Positions 56,694 to 64,000 of a stretch of DNA of 64,000 nucleotides are shown here, piece after piece. Numbering within the stretch: the first letter of the stretch is position 1; the number at the start of each line of letters is the position of its first letter. Made by a program: the position numbers and the translations under genes. This stretch comes from an uncultured Rhodospirillaceae bacterium. Its GTDB lineage: Bacteria; Pseudomonadota; Alphaproteobacteria; UBA9219. Location of the stretch: the NCBI GenBank assembly GCA_964517415.1, contig CAZFCA010000003.1, forward strand, positions 24,333 through 88,332, given 5' to 3'. Under the pieces are notes generated by a model. It ran no database searches. It worked only from the letters and a program-made list of their open reading frames with translations, and had not been told where the DNA came from.

Positions 56694-56770
56694 GCGCCCT
56701 TAGCTCAGCTGGATAGAGCAGCTGCCTTCTAAGCAGCAGGTCAGAAGTTCGAATCTTCTAGGGCGCGCCA
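56694..56770 (+). tRNA. tRNA-Arg (anticodon TCT), CCA encoded
   Basis: Manual cloverleaf: acceptor GCGCCCT/AGGGCGC, D-arm GCTC-AGCTGGATA-GAGC, anticodon stem GCTGC/GCAGC with loop CTTCTAA, T-arm AGAAG-TTCGAAT-CTTCT, discriminator G, CCA. Confidence 0.9.
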
Positions 56771-56860
56771 CTTTTTCTGCGGGGGTATCTCTTTCCATGG
56801 TTCCCCGCCTGCGCGGGGACGCAAGATTTTCTAAGTCGCTTCGCTCCTAAGAAAATCTAA

Positions 56861-56887
56861 GCGGTTCGAATCATGTAGGGCTCACCA
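56861..56887 (+). other. tRNA 3'-end-like fragment (T-loop plus acceptor 3' strand plus CCA), about 90 nt downstream of tRNA-Arg; possible att-site remnant
   Basis: GCGGTTCGAATCATGTAGGGCTCACCA resembles the tRNA-Arg 3' end AGAAGTTCGAATCTTCTAGGGCGCGCCA. It is preceded by two perfect hairpins (TCCCCGC/GCGGGGA and AGATTTTCTAAG/CTTAGAAAATCT). Confidence 0.4.
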
Positions 56888-56930
56888 ATATCAACCGAAC
56901 ATCGCGGGCAATTCTGCTTTCCTCCATAGA

Positions 56931-57347
56931 CTAAGCCGCTTTAAGCTCAAGATGCACCCTCTGGTTCAGGGCTTTGATGGCAGATTCCAGTTGCTCAATT
57001 CTTGAAAGATGGGTGAGGTCAAGAATCCTATCGATTTGCATAAGGGCAACCCCCATCCTGCGGGCAAGGTCTGTCTTTCTCAATCCTTGATCGCGCAGAG
57101 TCTTGTAAACTGACAACTTCAATTCCCCTTGAATAGACGGACGGGCAAGCCTTCTGCCTTTGGATGCTTTAGGCAACCTGCGCCATTCGTCAACATAATC
57201 GGACAACGCAACTTCCAAAGCCTCGTTAGCGTTTTCCATAGCCTCTTCAATCGTATCCCCAAAGGTATGAGCTTCGGGAATATCGGGAAACGAAACCAGA
57301 TAAGTACCGTTAGTATCTTTTTCGATTTTGACCGGATATTCAAACAT
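56931..57347 (-). CDS. hicB: HicB-family antitoxin (type II TA)
   Basis: N-terminal RNase-H-like HicB fold (MFEYPVKIEKDTNGTYLVSFPDIPEAHTFGDTIEEAMENANEAL) plus a C-terminal HTH/RHH region. GGAGGTC Shine-Dalgarno upstream. Confidence 0.8.
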   Translation of the reverse strand: MFEYPVKIEKDTNGTYLVSFPDIPEAHTFGDTIEEAMENANEALEVALSDYVDEWRRLPKASKGRRLARPSIQGELKLSVYKTLRDQGLRKTDLARRMGVALMQIDRILDLTHLSRIEQLESAIKALNQRVHLELKAA

Positions 57348-57356
57348 TTTGACCTC

Positions 57357-57533
57357 CTAGATTCCAAGCTGACGTTTAATCGCCTTTATCAGACCACTAC
57401 CAAGCTCTTTCTTCCCATGCATCGGGAGCACGGACATTTTTCCGTTCAGATAAACTTTCAGATGCCTCCCCTTCTGCGCCCCGAAAATCGCGCCTTGCTT
57501 TGCCAACCACCTTTTGAACTCGTTGCTGTTCCT
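57357..57533 (-). pseudogene. hicA: HicA-family toxin homologue lacking a canonical start codon (AGG where ATG is expected)
   Basis: Minus-strand translation (R)NSNEFKRWLAKQGAIFGAQKGRHLKVYLNGKMSVLPMHGKKELGSGLIKAIKRQLGI matches HicA (YcfA-like) along its full length. The codon at the expected Met position is AGG. An in-frame TGA lies 4 codons upstream with no ATG/GTG/TTG between. Not listed in the ORF track. Confidence 0.5.
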
Positions 57534-57702
57534 AGCAGTTTCTCAAGATTCAATGAAAAGAAGCATAACACATCTGTTGTGTGTAGCGCAAGAGGAAACA
57601 TAACAGAGCTGTTATGTGTGGCATTTGTATTATCAATGGGTTAGCGCATGAACGGCGAACACTGCGCGGGCATGACGATGTTTCTATTTGAAGGATGGCG
57701 CT

Positions 57703-58551
57703 TTAAGCCCTTACCTTCACCGGTTCTTTCACCGCCAGAAGGGGCAGGTCGGTTTGGGAGACGCGGTCGTGGATTTCGCGGCCGAGGAAAAAGCGGCCGA
57801 CGCGCGAAAAGCGTTCGGGAAGATCCGTGACATAAAACGTATCGTGGCCGAGGCGTTCCTGTGTATTCGCCATGCCGCGCGCTTGCATCAAGCCCGCCAC
57901 CGCACGCGCCGTGACGCTGGCGCTGTCGACGATATGCACCTCGGGCGGGCACAGTTTGCGCAACGTGGGGATAAGGAACGGATAGTGCGTGCAGCCTAAA
58001 AGCAGCGTGTCATAGCCGGGCGCAAGCAATCTTAAATAGCGGCTTATTACCGCTTCGGCCTCCGGCCCTTCGCTCCAGCCTTCCTCGGCCAAGGCCACAA
58101 GCAGGCTCGACGCGACCGCCTGCACCTCGGCATCCGGGCGCAGCCCGTAAATGATATCCGAATAGGCGCCGGAGCGAACCGTTCCTTCCGTGGCCAAAAT
58201 CGCGATGTGGTTATTCCGTGTCGCCTTCACCGCCGCTTCCGCGCCTGCGGAAATCACCCCGCAATAGGGCAAGTCGGGAAGATCGCGCTGCAAAGCGGGC
58301 AGCGCCTGGGACGAGGCCGTGTTGCACGCGATGACAAGGAATTTGATGCCTTCCCCGCGCAGCAAATGCGCAGCGCGGAGCGTATAATGTTCGACCGCTT
58401 CCTTGCTTTTCGTGCCGAAAGGAAGGCGCGCGGTGTCGCCCAGATAAATAAAATCCTCGTGCGGCAAGGCTTCGCGCAACGCGCGAAAAACCGTGAGGCC
58501 GCCAATGCCGGAATCGAAAATGCCAATAGGACGGGAAGGTGAATTCATCAT
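57703..58551 (-). CDS. murI: glutamate racemase
   Basis: [13 protein letters not shown] and ACNTAS motifs. The ORF-track N-terminal extension is trimmed to the MMNSP start, which overlaps the aminotransferase stop (ATGA). Confidence 0.85.
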   Translation of the reverse strand: MMNSPSRPIGIFDSGIGGLTVFRALREALPHEDFIYLGDTARLPFGTKSKEAVEHYTLRAAHLLRGEGIKFLVIACNTASSQALPALQRDLPDLPYCGVISAGAEAAVKATRNNHIAILATEGTVRSGAYSDIIYGLRPDAEVQAVASSLLVALAEEGWSEGPEAEAVISRYLRLLAPGYDTLLLGCTHYPFLIPTLRKLCPPEVHIVDSASVTARAVAGLMQARGMANTQERLGHDTFYVTDLPERFSRVGRFFLGREIHDRVSQTDLPLLAVKEPVKVRA

Positions 58552-59753
58552 GCTGCTTTCAATAAACCATCGCGGCGGAACATTTCCTTGATGCCGCGTA
58601 TCGCTTGACGCGTGCGGGCTTCGTTTTCGATCATGGCGAAGCGCACATGCGTATCCCCTAATTTGCCGAAACCGATGCCCGGGGATACGGAGACTTTGGC
58701 CTCGCGGATCAGCTTTTTCGTGAACTCCAGCGAGCCCAGATGCGCGTAAACATCCGGAATCTCGGCCCACGTATACATGCTTGCCCGCGGCTTATCAACC
58801 ATCCATCCCGCTTCGTGCAAGCCTTTAACCAAAACATCGCGCCGACGTTGATAAGTCGCGCAAATCTCGCCCACGCATTCCTGAGGCCCTTCCAAAGCGG
58901 CAATAGCCGCAATCTGGATGGGCGTGAACGTCCCGTAATCGTTATAGCCCTTGATTCGCGCCAACGCCTGAACCAGCGTTTTGTTGCCGACCATAAAGCC
59001 GACGCGCCAACCCGCCATATTATAGCTTTTGCTTAAGGTAAAGAATTCAACGGCGATCTCCTTGGCTCCGGGCACTTGCATGATGCTCGGGCACTTCCAG
59101 CCGTCGAAGCAGATATCGGCATAGGCCAGATCGTGCACGACATAGACGCCGTATTCCCGCGCCAACGATATCACGCGCTCGAAAAAATCAAGCTCGACGC
59201 ATTGGCCGGTGGGATTGGCGGGGAAATTCAAAATCAGCATCTTGGGTTTCGGTTTTTTCGTTCGCAACGCGTGCTCAAGCGCGGCGAAAAAATCGACGCC
59301 CGGGATAAGGGGCACTTCTTCGATAGACGCGCCCGCGATGACGGGCCCGTAGATATGGATGGGATAGCTTGGGCATGGCACAAGGACATTGTCCCCCTTG
59401 TCGAGGGTCGCCAAAGTCAGATGCGCGATGCCTTCTTTGGAGCCGATGGTGACGATGGATTCGGTTTCCGGGTCGAGATTGACGCCGTACCGCCCCTTGT
59501 ACCAATTACAAATGGCGCGGCGCAGGCGCGGAATGCCCCTTGAAACGGAATAGCCGTGCGTATCGGGGCGCGAAACGGCCTCGATCAGCTTTTGCACGAT
59601 ACGCGGCGGCGTAGGCCCGTCGGGGTTTCCCATGCCGAAGTCGATAATATCTTCGCCGCGCCTGCGCGCGGCCAGCTTCAACTCGGATGTAATATTGAAA
59701 ACGTAAGGAGGAAGCCCCGAAATGCGCGGAAAGTCCGTCGAAGGACAGATCAT
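58548..59753 (-). CDS. pyridoxal-phosphate-dependent aminotransferase, class I (AlaA/aspartate aminotransferase-like)
   Basis: Typical fold-type I motifs, including the PLP-lysine region [12 protein letters not shown], 401 aa. Confidence 0.85.
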   Translation of the reverse strand: MICPSTDFPRISGLPPYVFNITSELKLAARRRGEDIIDFGMGNPDGPTPPRIVQKLIEAVSRPDTHGYSVSRGIPRLRRAICNWYKGRYGVNLDPETESIVTIGSKEGIAHLTLATLDKGDNVLVPCPSYPIHIYGPVIAGASIEEVPLIPGVDFFAALEHALRTKKPKPKMLILNFPANPTGQCVELDFFERVISLAREYGVYVVHDLAYADICFDGWKCPSIMQVPGAKEIAVEFFTLSKSYNMAGWRVGFMVGNKTLVQALARIKGYNDYGTFTPIQIAAIAALEGPQECVGEICATYQRRRDVLVKGLHEAGWMVDKPRASMYTWAEIPDVYAHLGSLEFTKKLIREAKVSVSPGIGFGKLGDTHVRFAMIENEARTRQAIRGIKEMFRRDGLLKAA

Positions 59754-59770
59754 AAAAAGCCTCTTTTAAC

Positions 59771-59938
59771 TGAGGGCGAGTAATGAAACTCGCTTGGGTC
59801 ACGAGCGGTTGCGAGGAGCCTGTCGCTCGCAGGACAACGATCATTCTTATGGGCTGGGGGCTCGTCTCTGCAAGCGACAAGCGAGGCGCAGAGCGAGTGA
59901 AGTCGAACTTCTATATCGGATTTCATTGATCCGCTCAT
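59771..59938 (+). repeat. MITE-like dispersed repeat, full copy G
   Basis: TAATGAAACTCGCTTGGGTCACGAGCGGTTGCGAGGAGCC ... GCGAGGCGCAGAGCGAGTGAAGTCGAAC ... GGATTTCATTGATCCGCTCATA. Confidence 0.65.
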
Positions 59939-60088
59939 AAACGTTAGCGCCTGAAACCGTTCAAGCGACGTTCCGCACGCTTTTGTGCGATGCGAGAAGG
60001 CTATGCCCTTTCGGGCACAGCGACAAGAAGGAAATGGTTAATAATCCTCTGCCGTCAATTTTATGTGACGGCAGAGGATGCTTTCATT

Positions 60089-60808
60089 CTAGCCCGGCAT
60101 AGGCGCTGGATTGCGATGCAAAATCGCAATCTTGCGAATATTGGCAAGACCATCCTGCACCTGCTCGACAACCTGATTTGCTAATGTCTGACAGCGGCGC
60201 AAATGAATGAAGTCGTTTGCAACCAATCCATCGGCGATAAAATTATGATTACCTCGCGTATGCAGATTGTAAACCGGCTCTTCGACGCCGCTCTGAAGGC
60301 CTGTAACCAGAGCATAGGCTGCGTTTCCGTCGCTTAGGACCTGAAGTCTGTCTTTCCCGACCTCTAGCTTGCCCGCACGTTTCCATCCGGTTTCCGTTAG
60401 CAGGGGATGGTTCGGGGTCACCAATACGGGGGACTCCTTTCCTTCATAAGAAAGTTCGCAAAGACGCGCCGTTTCGTGAGTCACAACCTTTGTGACGGGC
60501 TGCGCGGTTACTTCCTGCGTAGCGGCATTGAAAGTGAAAACAAGATCGTCTTTTTTGATAGCATCGATTGTTCTTTCTCCATCTGGCGTTTGCACCTTGG
60601 TCTTTGCCGAAAAACAACCACCGCTACGGTTTTGGGATGCAGCCAATGCAAGTCCCACAAAGACTGGGTCGATACCACCGCTTGAGCCTGACGGCGATGA
60701 GGAATCATCACCAGAATAGGGCTGCCAACTGCTTGGCTGCGATGGCGTCGGATCATAAGGGCCACTGTTGGTTGGACTATAAAAACCACTGTTGGTTGGA
60801 TCGTACAT
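60089..60808 (-). CDS. Hint (Hedgehog/intein-like) domain protein with an N-terminal Ser/Pro/Gly-rich low-complexity region
   Basis: The stretch CFSAKTKVQTPDGERTIDAIKKDDLV...VTPNHPLLTETGWKRAGKLEVGD...VYNLHTRGNHNFIADGLVANDF shows the Hint N-terminal Cys-Phe and the C-terminal HNF motif. The first ~65 aa repeat 'YxPTNSGxYDPT' and are S/P/G-rich. Confidence 0.6.
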   Translation of the reverse strand: MYDPTNSGFYSPTNSGPYDPTPSQPSSWQPYSGDDSSSPSGSSGGIDPVFVGLALAASQNRSGGCFSAKTKVQTPDGERTIDAIKKDDLVFTFNAATQEVTAQPVTKVVTHETARLCELSYEGKESPVLVTPNHPLLTETGWKRAGKLEVGKDRLQVLSDGNAAYALVTGLQSGVEEPVYNLHTRGNHNFIADGLVANDFIHLRRCQTLANQVVEQVQDGLANIRKIAILHRNPAPMPG

Positions 60809-60919
60809 TTGAATCTCCTCTTCATTGGGTTAATATAACCCTATTAGAAAAGGAATCTTCGCTTGCAACAACAAGTGAATCTATATGTCGCCTTTACGGA
60901 TAATATCTTTAAAAGGAAT

Positions 60920-62632
60920 TTATTGAGCAACCTGCGCTTTTCCCCGTGCATCTTTCCGCATAATATACCACTGCTGAACGATGCCCAGCAGATTGCTCCA
61001 CGTCCAATAGATCACCAACCCCGCAGGCATGCGCACCAGCATGTAGGTGAAGATAAGCGGCATCAACATGAAGATGCGCGCCTGTGATTTATCGGGAGGC
61101 TGGGGCGACATTTTCTGCTGCAGGAACATGCTGAGCCCCATCAAAACCGGCCATGCGCCGATTTGCAGCGCGAGCGGCAACTGAACCGGAATCAGCCCGA
61201 ACAGATTAAGCAGCGACGTCGGGTCCGGCGCGGACATATCGTTAATCCAACCGTAGAAGGGCGCTTGGCGCATTTCGATATTGACGTACAAAACTTTATA
61301 GAGCGCGAAGAAAATGGGAATTTGTATGAGCGTCGGCAAGCATCCCGAAAGCGGGTTGACCTTTTCGCGCTTGTAAAGCTCCATGGTCTCTTGGCTTTGA
61401 CGGACCTTGTCGTCCGGAAAGCGTTCCTGAATGCGCTTTAATTCAGGTTGCAACGCCTTCATGCGCGACATGGAATGGTAAGACTTTAAGGACAGCGGCA
61501 GGGTCACGAGCTTCAGCAAAACAGTGAAGACCAAAATAGCGATAGCCATGCTGCCTGCGGCCTTTTCCAGCGCCGTGAGAAGGAAAAGGAACGGCTTTGT
61601 CAGGAAATAGAACCATCCGAAATCGATGGCGCGGTCAAAGTGCGGGATGTTATGTTCCTGTGCGTATCGATCAAGCAGCTTGACGCGTTTGGCGCCCGCA
61701 AAAAGGCGTGATGTATATTCGGCATCGCCCCCGGCTGGTATCGTAACGGCGTTGCCGCGAAAATCCGCTTGGAAAAAGCCCCGATCAGGCGTGTCGGCCG
61801 CATTATAAATAAACTGTCCGGTAATAGTTTCCTGCTGCGGCGGTATCATCGCAACAAGCCAATATTTATCGGTCATGCCGAGCCAACCACCCGTGCTTTG
61901 AGCGATTTTCTTTTTGTCCTCCATAAGATTTTTATACTTGAACTCCTCTAACGCGCCGCCAAGAACGCCCAGCATGCCTTCATGCACGACGGAATCGCTC
62001 AGTCCTTCCGGCAGCCCTTGCCGCGCGACGATGCCGTAGGGATAAACCGTCACCGGCGCGGCGCCCTGGTTGGTTACGCGATCCGTCACCGTGAACAGGG
62101 CGTCTTTGTCTACGGCGATGGTTCGCTGGAACAGAAGCCCTTGCCCGTTATCCCATGTCAGGCGCACAGGGTGGTCCGGGGTCAATTTGTTGCTGTCGGC
62201 TTTCCAAAGGGTTTCCGTCGTCGGCATATTGATCGAAGGAGAATCCCCCAGCCAGCTGAATTGCGCGTAATAAGCCTTGTGCGGTTTCTCCGAGCCCGAG
62301 GGCGACAAAAGAACAATGGACGGCGAATTCTTTTCCTGCGTTTCTCGGTAGTGAAGAAGCGAAAGATCGTCGATCCGCGCGCCCTTCAGGTTCAGCGAGC
62401 CGGCAACCTCGGGCGTTTCAATTAAGACGCGGGGCGTTTCCTTCAGCACTTCGGCGCGGTCGCGCAGATTTCCCGTTTGCTTGGGCTCTGCTCCCTTGCT
62501 TTCCGTCGACGCGACTTTATGTTCAAGGTACTGCGTGTGCAGCGCGGCCTGATGGGGCCTCACATAAAGATGCTGGAAACCCAAAAGGATGGCGAAAGAC
62601 AGAATAACCGCGAGAAAGATATTGTTGTTCAT
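60920..62632 (-). CDS. yidC: membrane protein insertase YidC
   Basis: N-terminal TM, a large periplasmic P1 domain, and the conserved C-terminal 5-TM core (LTLPLSLKSYHSMSRMKALQPELKRIQERF). Start trimmed to MNNNIFLAVILSF. Confidence 0.9.
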   Translation of the reverse strand: MNNNIFLAVILSFAILLGFQHLYVRPHQAALHTQYLEHKVASTESKGAEPKQTGNLRDRAEVLKETPRVLIETPEVAGSLNLKGARIDDLSLLHYRETQEKNSPSIVLLSPSGSEKPHKAYYAQFSWLGDSPSINMPTTETLWKADSNKLTPDHPVRLTWDNGQGLLFQRTIAVDKDALFTVTDRVTNQGAAPVTVYPYGIVARQGLPEGLSDSVVHEGMLGVLGGALEEFKYKNLMEDKKKIAQSTGGWLGMTDKYWLVAMIPPQQETITGQFIYNAADTPDRGFFQADFRGNAVTIPAGGDAEYTSRLFAGAKRVKLLDRYAQEHNIPHFDRAIDFGWFYFLTKPFLFLLTALEKAAGSMAIAILVFTVLLKLVTLPLSLKSYHSMSRMKALQPELKRIQERFPDDKVRQSQETMELYKREKVNPLSGCLPTLIQIPIFFALYKVLYVNIEMRQAPFYGWINDMSAPDPTSLLNLFGLIPVQLPLALQIGAWPVLMGLSMFLQQKMSPQPPDKSQARIFMLMPLIFTYMLVRMPAGLVIYWTWSNLLGIVQQWYIMRKDARGKAQVAQ

Positions 62633-62749
62633 TGATTTTCTATGGTTGAGAGCCGTATGAGGTATCAGGAATCCGCCTTCAGGAAAAGCGCAAAAATAAG
62701 GGGAAAAGGGCAAAAAACGGAGGAAGGGGCAGAATCATCGTTTCAGGGC

Positions 62750-63841
62750 TTAAGCGCAGGAAATTTTGCATTCCGCCGCATCCTCCTCAAAGGCAAGCCC
62801 GCCCAACAGGATATCCAGCCGCGCGGCGTCTTTTTCAGGCGCATACGAAAGATCTCGGGGCTTCGCCCGCGCTTGAGCGGCCAACCACCGGTTCCAGCTG
62901 GCCTCCGACAGGGGCGGCAACGCCTCGGCGATGGCCTGCATGCCCTTTAAATCGCCGTCGCAATGCAGGACGATGTCGTTTCCCGCCTCCAGTGCTTGCA
63001 GAGCAAGTTCTTCGGGTGCGCCTTTTAAGGCCTTCATGTTGATATCGTCGGATAGGAGAAGCCCTTCGAAACCTAAAGCGCCCCGTATGACATCATTATT
63101 CATGACCGGAGAAAGCGAAGCGGGGCGGTCGGGGTCGAAAGATTTAAAGATCGCGTGCGAGTTCATACCAAGCGGCATATCTTTTAAATTTTGGACGGGA
63201 AGAAAATCATTCGCTTCGAGTTCGAGGCGAGACGCCGCAATGACGGGCAGAACCTTATGCGGATCAACCGTCATTTTCCCGTGCCCGGGCAGATGCTTAA
63301 TCACCGGTAAAATCCCGTTGGCAAGAAAAGTCTCCGCCTCCGCCCGAGCTAAAGCGGCAACGGTCTCGGGCGATCCGCTGAAGGCGCGGTCGCCGATGGC
63401 CGGATTGCCTTCGGCATTGAATAGATCAATCACCGGCGCGCAGTTAATCGTTATCCCAAGCGTTCCAAGTTGATGCGCCAACACGCGCGCAAAAAGGCAA
63501 ATGGCCTCTAGCCCCCATTCGATTTCATGTTCATACATCCTCCCGAAAGCGCGGGCGGGCGGATATTGCGGCCAATGCGGCGGCGTCAACCGCGCGACGC
63601 GCCCGCCTTCCTGATCGATGGCAATCTGAATGTCGCTGCGGCCAACGGCCTGTTGAAGCTCGAAAATCAGGTACCGAAGCTGATCGGGATCTTCGCAGTT
63701 GCGCTTGAACAGAATAAAGCCGAAAGGATTGGCTTTTTTGAACAGGGCGCGCTCTTCCAGAGACAATTTCGTCCCCGCGCAGCCGAACAAAACCGGCTTC
63801 GGCTTTTGCGTTTCATCGAGCAACAAAAATGCATCCTGCAT
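62750..63841 (-). CDS. nagZ: beta-N-acetylhexosaminidase (GH3)
   Basis: GH3 motifs IAIDQEGGRVARL and KHLPGHG, about 363 aa. Confidence 0.85.
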   Translation of the reverse strand: MQDAFLLLDETQKPKPVLFGCAGTKLSLEERALFKKANPFGFILFKRNCEDPDQLRYLIFELQQAVGRSDIQIAIDQEGGRVARLTPPHWPQYPPARAFGRMYEHEIEWGLEAICLFARVLAHQLGTLGITINCAPVIDLFNAEGNPAIGDRAFSGSPETVAALARAEAETFLANGILPVIKHLPGHGKMTVDPHKVLPVIAASRLELEANDFLPVQNLKDMPLGMNSHAIFKSFDPDRPASLSPVMNNDVIRGALGFEGLLLSDDINMKALKGAPEELALQALEAGNDIVLHCDGDLKGMQAIAEALPPLSEASWNRWLAAQARAKPRDLSYAPEKDAARLDILLGGLAFEEDAAECKISCA

Positions 63842-64000
63842 TGGACCTCTTGAGGGACGCGCATATCCGGTTAGCCTCGGCTCCCGAAAGAGTCTGGCTT
63901 TGAATGCGGTAATAAACGCCTTTCGATCCCAGATCGGCGCGGACGATGCGCAGTTTCGCGCCGCGCAATTCGGCGGCGTACTTTTTCTGCATTTTTTCCA
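63817..64000 (-). CDS. SPOR-domain protein, C-terminal fragment (gene runs off the window edge)
   Basis: Minus-strand translation ...EKMQKKYAAELRGAKLRIVRADLGSKGVYYRIQSQTLSGAEANRICASLKRSNAGCIFVAR* is a typical SPOR domain. Its stop overlaps the nagZ start. Confidence 0.45.

Noticed and set aside
56790-56888. Possible second complete tRNA or tRNA-like (tmRNA-type) gene downstream of tRNA-Arg
   Set aside because: Only the T-loop/acceptor-3'/CCA portion is tRNA-like. No complementary 5' acceptor strand or anticodon arm can be folded, so I treat it as a fragment or att remnant, not a gene.
57119-57367. 82-aa minus-strand ORF overlapping hicB
   Set aside because: It lies in an alternate frame within the well-supported hicB gene. 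Its K/R/L-rich translation has no family.

Overview
This 64 kb window reads as a chromosomal segment from an alphaproteobacterium-like genome, roughly 58% GC. Most of it is dense housekeeping content. The recognised genes are coaE, aroE, pmbA, the dapB-dapA-dapL cluster, msrB-msrA, accD, hslVU, dut, dsbD, acpS, aroA, grpE, rppH, lptFG, pepA, a PBP5-type D,D-carboxypeptidase, rpoD, gmk, pyrB, plsY, dprA, topA, rnr, murI, yidC and nagZ. Gene order matches the conserved alphaproteobacterial blocks plsY-dprA-topA-rnr and lptG-lptF divergent from pepA. There are three RNA genes the ORF track cannot show: RNase P RNA on the minus strand at about 6580..7022 (covered by spurious ORFs), tRNA-Asp(GTC) at 41492..41568 (-) and tRNA-Arg(TCT) at 56694..56770 (+). 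The most distinctive non-genic feature is a dispersed family of short intergenic repeats of about 95-200 bp with roughly 22 bp terminal inverted repeats. These look like miniature inverted-repeat transposable elements (MITEs), and I count at least nine full or partial copies. Accessory or unusual content is concentrated in three places. One is around 37.9-41 kb, with a PPP-family pseudophosphatase and an orphan 369-aa protein. One is 52.8-57.6 kb, with a secreted coiled-coil protein carrying an OmpA-like domain, a tandem-repeat secreted protein, an XRE regulator, a secreted PLD/Nuc-like nuclease, tRNA-Arg with a downstream tRNA 3'-end fragment, and a hicAB pair whose hicA lacks a start codon. 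The third is around 60 kb, a Hint-domain protein. Other oddities are a lone HisA homologue beside hslVU with a key catalytic Asp replaced, an FkbM methyltransferase translationally coupled between topA and rnr, an RpoD with a histone-H1-like lysine-rich N-terminal extension, and sigma-32-type promoters upstream of grpE and hslVU. I saw no CRISPR array, integrase or transposase ORF.
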